DNA of 24,000 bases from Thermococcus sp. JdFR-02. GTDB taxonomy: Archaea; Methanobacteriota_B; Thermococci; Thermococcales; Thermococcaceae. The translations under genes were made by a program, and so were the position numbers. Shown here piece after piece: positions 1 to 7,877 of this stretch. Location: positions 292,418-316,417 of the forward strand of contig MTLP01000042.1 of assembly GCA_002009975.1 (NCBI GenBank), read 5' to 3'. How positions within the stretch are numbered: the stretch's first letter is position 1; every line of letters begins with the position of its first letter. Below the pieces are notes generated by a model that did not search any database, was not told where the DNA came from, and saw only the letters and a program-made list of their open reading frames with translations.

Positions 1-451
1 CTTCCATAGCCGCCATTACTGCCATATCAGCTAACTTACAAGCTTCCATTATTGTGTTAATCTCTTCTGGAGTTTTTATAAGCCTAAGTTCTTTTATTGG
101 CTCGTCTATTATTTTAATACCCTCAACCTTTGCCTTTTCTTTTACTGTGTTAATGAAGCCTAAACTTGTAGTTCCTTCAACACCTAAACTCTTAAACTTC
201 TTTAGTTGCTCCAAAAATTCATCAACCTTTTTGAATTTTTCAACTGGAACAGAAGATTCTTCTTTAGTGGCTTCATATTCAAGCTCAGGAACAAATAGCG
301 TTGCATCATCTGCTGTCAAAACTAAATAACCACCTGCCAGTGGAGAGGCATTAGAGAAATAAAAAATGTTTTCTTTCTTTGAAATTAAAGCTGCATCAAT
401 TTCATTATCAGCCAAATAAGATTGTAGCTTTTCAATTCGTTGTTTCATCAT
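1..451 (-). CDS. pepQ: Xaa-Pro dipeptidase (prolidase, M24B family), N-terminal part; the gene continues beyond the left edge
   Basis: Absent from the ORF track because the window edge truncates it. Reverse-strand reading from ATG 451-449 gives MMKQRIEKLQSYLADNEIDAALISKKENIFYFSNASPLAGGYLVLTADDATLFVPELEYEATKEESSVPVEKFKK..IKELRLIKTPEEINTIMEACKLADMAVMAAME. This is co-linear with the N-terminal domain of Pyrococcus-type prolidase as I remember it. SD GGAGGTGGC is at 452-460 (rc). Confidence 0.8.
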   Translation of the reverse strand, partial: MMKQRIEKLQSYLADNEIDAALISKKENIFYFSNASPLAGGYLVLTADDATLFVPELEYEATKEESSVPVEKFKKVDEFLEQLKKFKSLGVEGTTSLGFINTVKEKAKVEGIKIIDEPIKELRLIKTPEEINTIMEACKLADMAVMAAME

Positions 452-552
452 GCCACCTCCATCACCAATTTAATAAATAAAAATAAAACTCTTTCTATAA
501 ACTAAGTGGCAAACGACAAAAATCATAACTAAAAAGAAGAGATTATCAAAGC

Positions 553-720
553 TCAATCGTAGAGCCTACCTTCTCTAGTAATTACTTTCCAATACTTGTA
601 GTTTTCTCCAACGATTTTATACACTCCATCTTCGAGCTTTTCTAAAAACCTCTCCACCATCCCGTCTTCGATTGTTGCAACTTTAATCCCCTTCCCACTA
701 TTCCAGATTTCAACTTTCAT
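553..720 (-). CDS. small hypothetical protein, 55 aa (below the ORF-track size cutoff)
   Basis: Hand-translated from ATG 720-718 to TGA 555-553: MKVEIWNSGKGIKVATIEDGMVERFLEKLEDGVYKIVGENYKYWKVITREGRLYD. A strong SD GGAGGGGTGA lies 6 nt upstream (rc of 727-736). Amino-acid composition resembles the neighbouring genes. I recognise no family. Confidence 0.5.
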   Translation of the reverse strand: MKVEIWNSGKGIKVATIEDGMVERFLEKLEDGVYKIVGENYKYWKVITREGRLYD

Positions 721-903
721 GAGCTTCACCCCTCCAATTATATTCGTTAGTTTGCATAATATTTTAAAAATTTTTCTATTCTATTCAAGATTCATGGAAA
801 AATTTTTCGATATTTTTTGTAAAAGTGTAAGGCGATTGGATGTTTAAAAGCGGAGGTGAGTAAGGTTTAAAAGCTGAGACCTAAAATTGAACTCGGAGGG
901 ATA

Positions 904-1167
904 ATGATGAGGAAAGGAATAATTCTAAGCTATGTGAGGAGTAAAGAAAACCAAAACAATAACCACATGATAATTAAGCCCCTTGGAATTGACAGCAGAG
1001 AACAAGCTGCAACACTAATTGGAAGGAAAGTAATTTGGAAAAGCCCAAGCGGTAAACTCTTGGTGGGCAAGATAATGAAGCCACACGGAAATAGGGGAGA
1101 AGTCAAAGTTAGATTTGAAAAAGGCTTACCAGGGCAAGCTTTGGGAGATTACGTAGAAATTCGCTGA
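904..1167 (+). CDS. rpl35ae: 50S ribosomal protein L35Ae (eL33)
   Basis: 87-aa [48 protein letters not shown] matches the archaeal L35Ae sequence nearly residue for residue as I recall it from Pyrococcus. SD GGAGGG at 895-900. Confidence 0.9.
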   Translation: MMRKGIILSYVRSKENQNNNHMIIKPLGIDSREQAATLIGRKVIWKSPSGKLLVGKIMKPHGNRGEVKVRFEKGLPGQALGDYVEIR

Positions 1168-1213
1168 ATCTTTTTTAACTCTTTTACGTCTTAGTTTCTT
1201 TGGAGGATTAACA

Positions 1214-2368
1214 ATGCAAAATATTGAATTAGTTGAAGTTAGAGAGGGAAAAGCAAAGATCCTAATCCCTAAAGCTGAGAGAATTTATGACTCTCCAGTT
1301 TTCTATAACCCCATTATGGCATTTAATAGAGATTTGAGTGTTTTAGCTTTGAGAGTTCTAAAGCCTAAAACTGCCCTTGATTCGTTAAGTGCAACAGGGG
1401 TTAGAGGAATTAGATATGCATTGGAGAGTGACGTAGATGAGGTTTGGCTCAACGACATCAACCCTCTTGCCTTTGAATTAATCATTAAGAACCTTGAATT
1501 AAACTTTGGAAAAATCAAAGTTAATGAAAAACTAGCAAAATTTGAGAATGAAAAAACTTTAATTGCTACAAACAAAGATGCTAATCTATTGATGGATGAG
1601 AAATTTAGATATTTTGAGTTTGTTGATTTAGATCCCTTTGGCTCACCCATGCCCTTTTTAGATTCTGCTCTAAGGAGCGTTAAAAGACATGGGAGCTTAG
1701 GCATTACGGCAACTGATACTGGACCTTTATGTGGAGCCTATCCAAATGCTTGCATTAGAAAATACAACGCTTACCCGGTTAGAGGCGAACTTTGTCACGA
1801 AAGTGGTTTGAGAATTCTAATTGGTGCGATTGCAAAATATATCGCAAAATATGATCTTGGCTTTGATGTTCTTCTCGCTTACTATAAAGATCATTATTTT
1901 AGAGTTTTCTTGAAAGTTAAAGATGGTGCAAAAAAAGGAGATGAAACGTTATCCAATGTAGGTTACCTCTACTTTGATAACAAAACTGGGAAATTTGAAG
2001 TAGAAAAAAGCATTTTTCCAGATAAAAGAGAGAATATGAAGATTTTTGGTCCTATGTGGCTTGGTCCATTAAAAGCCCAAGAATTTATCGAAAATCTCTA
2101 TAATAAAGCTCAAAAAGTCGAATTAGCCCAAAAAAGGAAGGTTTTAGAATTTCTGGAGATGATAAAGAATGAGCTTGATTTACCTTTCTTCTACGATGTG
2201 CATGGAATAGCGAGAAGATACAGGTTGCAAGTGAGAAAACTAAGCACCATTATTGAGATCCTACAAGATAAGGGCTATAAGGCGAGCAGAACTCATATTT
2301 CCCCAACGGCTATAAAGAGCGATGCGCCATTTGATGTCTTCTTAGAAACCCTAAAGGAACTCCAATAA
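1214..2368 (+). CDS. trm1: tRNA (guanine26-N2)-dimethyltransferase Trm1
   Basis: 384-aa [76 protein letters not shown] is co-linear with Pyrococcus horikoshii Trm1. SD GGAGGA 6 nt upstream. Confidence 0.92.
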   Translation: MQNIELVEVREGKAKILIPKAERIYDSPVFYNPIMAFNRDLSVLALRVLKPKTALDSLSATGVRGIRYALESDVDEVWLNDINPLAFELIIKNLELNFGKIKVNEKLAKFENEKTLIATNKDANLLMDEKFRYFEFVDLDPFGSPMPFLDSALRSVKRHGSLGITATDTGPLCGAYPNACIRKYNAYPVRGELCHESGLRILIGAIAKYIAKYDLGFDVLLAYYKDHYFRVFLKVKDGAKKGDETLSNVGYLYFDNKTGKFEVEKSIFPDKRENMKIFGPMWLGPLKAQEFIENLYNKAQKVELAQKRKVLEFLEMIKNELDLPFFYDVHGIARRYRLQVRKLSTIIEILQDKGYKASRTHISPTAIKSDAPFDVFLETLKELQ

Positions 2369-2380
2369 AAAGTAAAAGAG

Positions 2381-2884
2381 TTAAAGAAGTCTGCCAACAC
2401 CCTCTAAAGACTTAGATGAAATCCTTTCTCTTGCTATCTTTTCAGCAGTTCTCATTCTAATTTCATCCTCAATTTCTTCTGGTTTTCCAAAGAATATTGC
2501 CTCAGCTGGACACATTTCACTACATGCTGGTTCCATTCCCACTCTTCTTCTATCTGCACACATGTCACACTTTGTAACCACCTTTACCCTTACATCAAAG
2601 CTTGGAGCACCAAAGGGACATACTGCTAAACACATCAAACAACCAATACATTTCTTGGGATCAATAATTACTGCACCGTCGGAGTCCTTGTAAATTGCAT
2701 TTGATGGACAAACTTCCATACATGGGGCCTTTTCACAGTGCCTACAGTTTATTGGGATTGGCAATCCGCTCATTGTGTAATAAATTCTGATGTTTGGCTT
2801 TCCATGGTGTATAAACTCACAAACACCTTGACATGTCTCACATCCAATACACAAGCTGTAATCAACGTGAAGGAGTCTTCTCAT
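2381..2884 (-). CDS. four-cluster [4Fe-4S] electron-transfer subunit (HycB/DmsB/NrfC-like)
   Basis: Four Cys motifs: CIGCETCQGVC, CRHCEKAPCMEVCP, CIGCLMCLAVCP, CDMCADR..ACSEMCP. The track start (GTG 2893) lies inside the SD GGAGGTGA. I place the start at ATG 2884 (MRRLLHV..), 6 nt after the SD. The upstream gene's TGA stop (2890-2892) is embedded in that SD. Confidence 0.8.
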   Translation of the reverse strand: MRRLLHVDYSLCIGCETCQGVCEFIHHGKPNIRIYYTMSGLPIPINCRHCEKAPCMEVCPSNAIYKDSDGAVIIDPKKCIGCLMCLAVCPFGAPSFDVRVKVVTKCDMCADRRRVGMEPACSEMCPAEAIFFGKPEEIEDEIRMRTAEKIARERISSKSLEGVGRLL

Positions 2885-2889
2885 TTTAT

Positions 2890-3945
2890 TCACCTCCCAC
2901 TAAGCCACATGTGCATTGATTCCGCAGCCACTAACCCATCTAAAACTGCCCTACCAACTTTAGAGGGTCCAATTACAACGTCTCCAGCTGCAAAAACGCC
3001 TTCCCTGCTTGTCATGTGTCTTGAGTCAACGACTATTCTTCCTTTCTTATCAACTGCAATTCCGATATCTTCATTGAATGGTGGTGTAGCTTTTTGACCA
3101 ACTGCGAACACAACCATGTCAACATCGATTTGGAAGTTTGAGCCTTCTATTGGAATAGGTCTTCTTCTTCCACTCTCATCTGGTTCACCAAGCTTACACT
3201 TCTGCAACTCTATAGCTTTAACTTTACCATATTCTCCAATGATCCTAACTGGTGTTGCTAATTCAAGCCATCTAACACCTCTTTGTTTTAGCAAGTTGAT
3301 TTCATAAGCTCCAGCCGGAGCTTCATTTATAGTTCTCCTATAAACTAAGTAAACTCTCTCAGCTCCGAGCAATAGACTTTCCATAGCAGCATCTACAGCT
3401 GTGTGTCCAGCCCCAACAACCACAACACTCTTTCCATCAATTTTTGGAACCTCTTCCCAAGATACATGTCCGAGCTTAGCTGATTTTATTTTAAATAGGT
3501 AATCTAATGCTGGATAAACTCCATCCAATTCAACACCTTCGATTTTAGGAATAGTTGACTCCCATGTTCCAGTTGCTATTAGAACCGCATCATATTCCTT
3601 TACTAACTCCTCAAACTCAACAAAATTCTCAACAAACTCATCTCCTTCCTCTTCCTTTTTGCTGGATATAACCTTTGTCTTTGGGTAAAATGTTACTTCA
3701 AAAATGTTCTTAAGCTCTTCATAGCCCTTTCTAACCCTGTAAATCGGAATTCTAAACTCTGGAATGCCAAAGAGCATTAATCCGCCCGGTTCTGGTAGCT
3801 TATCATAGATGTGAACATCATAACCATGGCACACTAAATATCCTGCCGCTGACAATCCAGCAGGTCCTGCTCCAATAATTGCTATTTTTTTGCCGTTTTT
3901 TTCGGGTTTTTCCTTACACAGGAAAGCAAATCGCATGCCCTTCAT
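2890..3945 (-). CDS. FAD/NAD(P)H oxidoreductase of the glutamate synthase small-subunit (GltD)/SudA/NfnB family, lacking the usual N-terminal Fe-S domain
   Basis: Two dinucleotide-binding motifs (KKIAIIGAGPAGLSAAGYL and KSVVVVGAGHTAVDAAMESLLLGA) and a GltD-type C-terminus (GVFAAGDVVIGPSKVGRAVLDGLVAAESM). The track start 4050 overlaps the upstream gene by about 95 nt. ATG 3945 (MKGMRFAF..) has SD GAGGTGA 5 nt upstream and lies 10 nt after the upstream stop. Confidence 0.8.
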   Translation of the reverse strand: MKGMRFAFLCKEKPEKNGKKIAIIGAGPAGLSAAGYLVCHGYDVHIYDKLPEPGGLMLFGIPEFRIPIYRVRKGYEELKNIFEVTFYPKTKVISSKKEEEGDEFVENFVEFEELVKEYDAVLIATGTWESTIPKIEGVELDGVYPALDYLFKIKSAKLGHVSWEEVPKIDGKSVVVVGAGHTAVDAAMESLLLGAERVYLVYRRTINEAPAGAYEINLLKQRGVRWLELATPVRIIGEYGKVKAIELQKCKLGEPDESGRRRPIPIEGSNFQIDVDMVVFAVGQKATPPFNEDIGIAVDKKGRIVVDSRHMTSREGVFAAGDVVIGPSKVGRAVLDGLVAAESMHMWLSGR

Positions 3946-3955
3946 TTTAATCACC

Positions 3956-4333
3956 TCATAACATATACCCCTTATAGTGATTTGAGGCAAAAGATAACCT
4001 ATCCCTTTTACATTCATCACAGAGGAAAGCCAATTCAGCATTTTCGCCAATTTTCATGAGCTTTTTAGCCAAATATTCAGCTTCTTTTGATGTATATTGA
4101 AGCTCTTTTCCACAAACTGCACATTGAGCAAATTCAAATTCTAAAATCTCTTTGCTTGGAAGCCCTTGCAAAGCCTTGGTTGGACAACTTTCATTACATT
4201 CAAAGTTGCAATTGCCGCATTTTTCTGGATAGAATAGTATTCTCCGATTCCTATTGTCATCTACTCTGATCGCTTCAAAAGGACAAGTAGATGCACAGAT
4301 TCCACATCCAATACAGAGTTCTATTTTTAGCAC
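3956..4333 (-). CDS. ferredoxin-like 2x[4Fe-4S] protein with a C-terminal CxxC..CxxC zinc-ribbon-like tail
   Basis: CIGCGICASTCP and CGNCNFECNESCP cluster motifs, then CAVCGKE...CDECK. GTG start at 4333-4331 with SD GGTGAT 5 nt upstream. First gene of a three-gene minus-strand operon. Confidence 0.7.
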   Translation of the reverse strand: MLKIELCIGCGICASTCPFEAIRVDDNRNRRILFYPEKCGNCNFECNESCPTKALQGLPSKEILEFEFAQCAVCGKELQYTSKEAEYLAKKLMKIGENAELAFLCDECKRDRLSFASNHYKGYML

Positions 4334-4656
4334 TTGTGATCACCACTGAAATTTAATATCCTCATGAATTTTTGTGAGTTGCAATGAACTTTTTTGTCGA
4401 ACTGTGCGCATGTTCTCAGATGTTCCTTAAAAGAAGCTTTATAAAAGAGTTTTTTAAACAGCTTATTTGCAACCTTTGGTTGAGAAAGGGAATTTTGGAG
4501 CTTCGTTTTTTCTCCTTCCATCCTGAGTATTTTGCACTTTTTTACATCTTTTTCTGATAAACTTTTGAGGGTTGCCCTTTGTAAAGTGAAAAATATTTAG
4601 CACCACACATCGCTTCTAATTCATAAGAACCTCATAGATACAAAGAAGTAGATAAT

Positions 4657-4669
4657 GAAAGAGAAAAAA
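4657..4669 (-). terminator. oligo-T tract directly after the valS stop
   Basis: The minus strand reads TGA TTTTTTCTCTTTC. Archaeal RNA polymerase terminates at oligo-T runs. Confidence 0.5.
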
Positions 4670-7336
4670 TCATGCGAAGAACAAAATTACAACATCCTTT
4701 ACAACAGCAGTCTCAACTTCCTCTCCTTCGCTGAATACGGCTTTTCTTATGACGATATCCTCTTTGCTAAGCTCGACTTTTTGTCCCTCTATTTCAAACT
4801 CAACTTTGCCTTTTTCTTTAAGCTTTCTTGAGACTTCTTTAGCATTCTCTTTTAGATAAGCGGTTATCTTTGGAACTAGCTTACCATATTTAGGTCCAAC
4901 ACTCTTAAAGTTTGGCTTAATCTCAGTGATTCTCTCCTCCAATGCTGGTTCTCCTTTGATTATCTCAAGCTTTTCGATATTCATAGTTCCAGCAATGTCT
5001 TTTTCAATTTGCTTGAGCGTATCATAGCTATCTAAAGCATAAACTGCAACATGTTTAAGCTTTGCATTTAATGACAAGCCATGCGAATTCTTATAACGCC
5101 TCATTGCTCCTATTATCTCGCTTGCTAATTCTCCAATTTTTTCTGCTTCTTCATCAACCCTCTCTTCCTTGTATTCGGGCCAGCTTAAGAGATGAATGCT
5201 TTTGGCTTTTACTTTTTCCTTAAAGAGTCCTTGATACAGTTCTTCTGTGATGTGAGGAGCAATTGGAGCTAAAAGCAACAGTACATTGTAGAGCAACTCA
5301 TAAAGGGCTACTTTAGCTTTAAGTTTGCTTTCCTCGTCATTTCCATATAAGCGGTGCTTAATCATCTCAAGGTATTCATCAGCGACTTCATGCCATACGA
5401 ACGTCATTAGCTCTCTTGTGAAGAGGTTGAAGCGATAGTTCTCCAATTCACTGGTTGCAAATTTGATCAAACGGTGAAGCCTTGAGAGAATCCACTTATC
5501 GAGAGGTTCAAGCTCAATGTTCTTGTGTTGCTCATAATCAAAACCTTTTATGTGCCTTTCAGCGAATCTAAAGATATTCCACAGCTTTTGTAAGAACCTA
5601 TAGTTGTAATCAACTGTTTCCCACTTAAATGGATGGTCTTCTCCGGGTGGTGCTAAAGCTGTCCAAATCCTCAAAGCATCGGCACCATATTTTGGAATAA
5701 CTTCCTCTGGAGAGACTACATTTCCATAACTTTTACTCATCTTTCTTCCATCTGGTCCAGCAACCATTCCATTTATTAAGATATCATGCCATGGCTTTTC
5801 TCCCGTTAAGATGTAAGTCCTAAAGATTGTATAGAATGCCCATGTTCTAATGATGTCAGTTCCTTGTGGTCTCAAGTTGTTGGGGAAGTTTATGCTAAAC
5901 CACTTCTCATCTTTGCCCCATTTTGAAATTGCCAAAGGAGTTATTGATGAGTCAATCCAACAGTCTAAGACGTCTTTAACTCCCTCAATGTTAGTCGAAC
6001 CACATTTTGGACATTTATCTACAGGCGGCTTATCAAATCTTGGATCTACAGGCAAATCTTCCTCTCTTGCTGGGATTATCTCACCACAATCTTTACATAC
6101 CCAGAATGGGAGTGGTGTTCCAAACACTCTTTGTCTACTTATAACCCAGTCCCAATCCATACTATCTGCCCAATCCTTGAGTCTTAGGAACATATCTTCA
6201 GGATACCACTTGATTTGCTTGGAAACTTCAACTACCTCTTGGGTGTAATCCTTAACTCTAATAAACCACTGCTTCTTAGGTAAAAGTTCAATTGGAGCCA
6301 TACATGAGCTTCTCTCTGTATGCCTTAGTACTCTGTGATGAACTTTCTTCTTTTCATAAAGTAGCCCCATTTCTTCTAAGTCCTTTGCAATAGCCTCTTT
6401 AGCTTCTTGTGCTGTCATTCCCTTGTATTTTCCTGCTACCTCTGTCATTCTTCCCCTTTCATCAATTGCAATAATTACTGGCAAATTATAGCGCTTTTGC
6501 CATATGATATCCTGCTCATCACCATAGGTACAATTATAAACCGCGCCAGTTCCAAAGGATGGATCAACATCTTCATCTGCTAAAATTGGGACTTCCCTCT
6601 CAAATATTGGAAGCTTAACTTTTTTACCAACTAAATGCTTATATCTTTCATCTTCGGGATGAACAAACACCGCTACACAAGCTGGCATAAGCTCTGGTCT
6701 TGTCGTGGCAATTGGAACAAACCCCTCTTCATCTGCTAATGGGAGCTTTATGTAGTATAGATAGCCATCTTCTTCAACGTAGCCTACCTCAGCTTTTGCC
6801 AAAGAAGTCCTACATTTTGGACACCAGAATACTGGATGCTTGTCTTGATAAAGCATATCTTTCTTGTAAAACTCCAAGAGCGTTTTTTGAACCAACGCTT
6901 TATACTCATCATCCATTGTATGATACTCTAAATCCCAATCAGCTGAATAACCAATTCTAATAAATTGATTTCTCATTTTTTCAATTGCTTCCCATGTCCA
7001 CTCTATACACTTTTGCAAGAATAATTCAGGCTGATCTTTGCTTATTCCAAATTCCTTCTCTACTTTAAGCTCCGTTGGTAATCCATGATTGTCAAAACCC
7101 TGGGGAAACATTACATTAAATCCCCTCATTCTCCTGTATCTTGCAACGATATCAATCCATGTGTGGCTTAAAACGTGCCCTAAATGCAGAGTTCCGGATG
7201 TAAATGGTGGCGGTGTGTCAATAGAATAGTTTGGTCTTCTTTCATCTGGTTCATACTTGTAAATCTTCTCATCGAGCCAGAATTTTTGCCACTTTGGTTC
7301 AATTTCATTTGGATCATAATTCTTAGGTAGTGCCAT
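4670..7336 (-). CDS. valS: valyl-tRNA synthetase
   Basis: 888-aa ORF. Class I HIGH-type motif (PPPFTSGTLHLGHVLSH) and KMSKS (GRKMSKSYGN). The N-terminus NYDPNEIEPKWQKFW and the overall length are typical of archaeal ValRS. SD GGAGGT 6 nt upstream of ATG 7336. Confidence 0.95.
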   Translation of the reverse strand: MALPKNYDPNEIEPKWQKFWLDEKIYKYEPDERRPNYSIDTPPPFTSGTLHLGHVLSHTWIDIVARYRRMRGFNVMFPQGFDNHGLPTELKVEKEFGISKDQPELFLQKCIEWTWEAIEKMRNQFIRIGYSADWDLEYHTMDDEYKALVQKTLLEFYKKDMLYQDKHPVFWCPKCRTSLAKAEVGYVEEDGYLYYIKLPLADEEGFVPIATTRPELMPACVAVFVHPEDERYKHLVGKKVKLPIFEREVPILADEDVDPSFGTGAVYNCTYGDEQDIIWQKRYNLPVIIAIDERGRMTEVAGKYKGMTAQEAKEAIAKDLEEMGLLYEKKKVHHRVLRHTERSSCMAPIELLPKKQWFIRVKDYTQEVVEVSKQIKWYPEDMFLRLKDWADSMDWDWVISRQRVFGTPLPFWVCKDCGEIIPAREEDLPVDPRFDKPPVDKCPKCGSTNIEGVKDVLDCWIDSSITPLAISKWGKDEKWFSINFPNNLRPQGTDIIRTWAFYTIFRTYILTGEKPWHDILINGMVAGPDGRKMSKSYGNVVSPEEVIPKYGADALRIWTALAPPGEDHPFKWETVDYNYRFLQKLWNIFRFAERHIKGFDYEQHKNIELEPLDKWILSRLHRLIKFATSELENYRFNLFTRELMTFVWHEVADEYLEMIKHRLYGNDEESKLKAKVALYELLYNVLLLLAPIAPHITEELYQGLFKEKVKAKSIHLLSWPEYKEERVDEEAEKIGELASEIIGAMRRYKNSHGLSLNAKLKHVAVYALDSYDTLKQIEKDIAGTMNIEKLEIIKGEPALEERITEIKPNFKSVGPKYGKLVPKITAYLKENAKEVSRKLKEKGKVEFEIEGQKVELSKEDIVIRKAVFSEGEEVETAVVKDVVILFFA

Positions 7337-7378
7337 GTTCTTACCTCCTATCCCGCTTGGCTTAATTTGAGAGCTTAA

Positions 7379-7395
7379 GCTAAAAGGTTTTTCGG
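7379..7395 (-). promoter_or_regulatory. putative BRE/TATA for valS
   Basis: The minus strand reads CCGAAAAAC CTTTTAGC about 45-60 nt upstream of the ATG. The purine-rich CGAAA BRE is good but the TATA is weak. Confidence 0.35.
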
Positions 7396-7414
7396 TTTTA
7401 TCATCAAGATAAAT

Positions 7415-7792
7415 TTAATAATTTAAAAACTCAAAAAGGCTTTTTAATCTTATCTTTTCTCTAAGAGCAGTATAAACATTGCTATCATCGAAATTTAAGC
7501 TGTATTCAGCATTAATTTCATCTAAAATAGCCCTCATTATTTGAAATGCATACTTAGCTTTGCTACCTTCCATTTCAACGATTATGAATGGCTTTTCTCT
7601 TTTTCCAATGATTAAGTCAAAATTAAACCTATCTCCTAAATAAACGTCTATAAAACTCAGCTTTTCTTGAGTTCTCATTTGCCTTACTAAGACATTAGGA
7701 AACCTTTCCTTTAGTTTTTCAATTACTGTTAGGGCTTTCTCATATTGCTCACCCTTCAACTCTGCCTTTAATCTTACACGCTCTATGATCAT
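7415..7792 (-). CDS. hypothetical protein, 125 aa, divergent from reverse gyrase
   Basis: Clean ORF with no family I recognise. The track start GTG 7801 is part of the SD GAGGTG. The likely start is ATG 7792 (MIIERVRLK..). Confidence 0.6.
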   Translation of the reverse strand: MIIERVRLKAELKGEQYEKALTVIEKLKERFPNVLVRQMRTQEKLSFIDVYLGDRFNFDLIIGKREKPFIIVEMEGSKAKYAFQIMRAILDEINAEYSLNFDDSNVYTALREKIRLKSLFEFLNY

Positions 7793-7877
7793 CGCCAACA
7801 CCTCTTGAGTTTAACAACTCTCAAAAAAGCCTTATAAACTTTATAGAGTTTAAATAAAACAATAGTAGGTGAGCAAA

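Noticed and set aside
54-329. 91-aa plus-strand ORF at the left edge
   Set aside because: It is antisense to the well-supported prolidase reading frame. The product is low-complexity and S/F/L-rich, and there is no SD.
904-910. Perfect C-box heptamer AUGAUGA at the rpl35ae start. A second copy lies on the minus strand at the pepQ start, 445-451
   Set aside because: These are tandem ATG ATG start codons. No D box (CUGA) with a complementary terminal stem sits at a compatible distance. At pepQ the C-to-D distance is about 33 nt, too short for a dual-guide sRNA.
4327-4521. 64-aa minus-strand ORF in the valS-ferredoxin gap
   Set aside because: It has no SD upstream of its ATG and overlaps the ferredoxin start. 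The product is Lys-rich with no recognisable motif. The 336-bp gap (4334-4669) more likely holds the ferredoxin-operon promoter, with TATA-like TTTTATAAA and ATATTAAAT on the minus strand. I could not place a TSS confidently, so no promoter feature is reported.
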